NCBI GenBank assembly: GCA_001949185.1
Contig: BDGG01000014.1
Span: 713,378 to 777,377 of the forward strand
DNA from: Ramazzottius varieornatus
Lineage: Eukaryota > Animalia > Tardigrada
DNA: 64,000 nt
Direction: 5' to 3'
Shown piece after piece: positions 63,989 to 64,000 of this stretch. The notes under the pieces were generated by a model that saw only the letters and a list, made by a program, of their open reading frames with translations, did not search any database and was not told the DNA's origin. Numbering within the stretch: the first letter of the stretch is position 1; every line of letters starts with the position of its first letter. Made by a program: the position numbers and the translations under genes.

Positions 63989-64000
63989 TGCAATAAAGAA

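Overview
Eukaryotic (animal) genomic DNA with compact genes and short GT-AG introns, densely interleaved with transposons. An intron-containing bacterial-type (clade 2, large-subunit) catalase, divergent GPCRs, a guanylyl-cyclase-type ectodomain receptor and Tc5-like elements suggest a eutardigrade (Ramazzottius-like); this assignment is inference. Genes reconstructed by hand from splice sites: a GH16 glycoside hydrolase (bacterial-like, 1 intron), two orphan coiled-coil genes, an 11-exon KatE-type catalase, a secreted S1 serine protease, an ANF-receptor-type single-pass receptor without kinase/cyclase, a SUEL-lectin-like secreted protein, a kinase + bulb-type-lectin + 2TM fusion gene, and a non-alpha nicotinic receptor subunit cut by the window end. 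There are also GPCR and gustatory-receptor-like pseudogenes. Mobile DNA includes hAT, mariner, Tc5, pogo, Mutator, Sola-like MITE and CRE/RLE retrotransposon copies, most delimited by TIRs and TSDs read from the sequence. The most novel-looking items are (i) a Mutator element with a dead transposase but an intact chromodomain gene and (ii) the 'inverted' lectin-kinase, whose kinase exons are bracketed by a perfect 38-bp direct repeat. No database searches were run; family calls rest on motif recognition.
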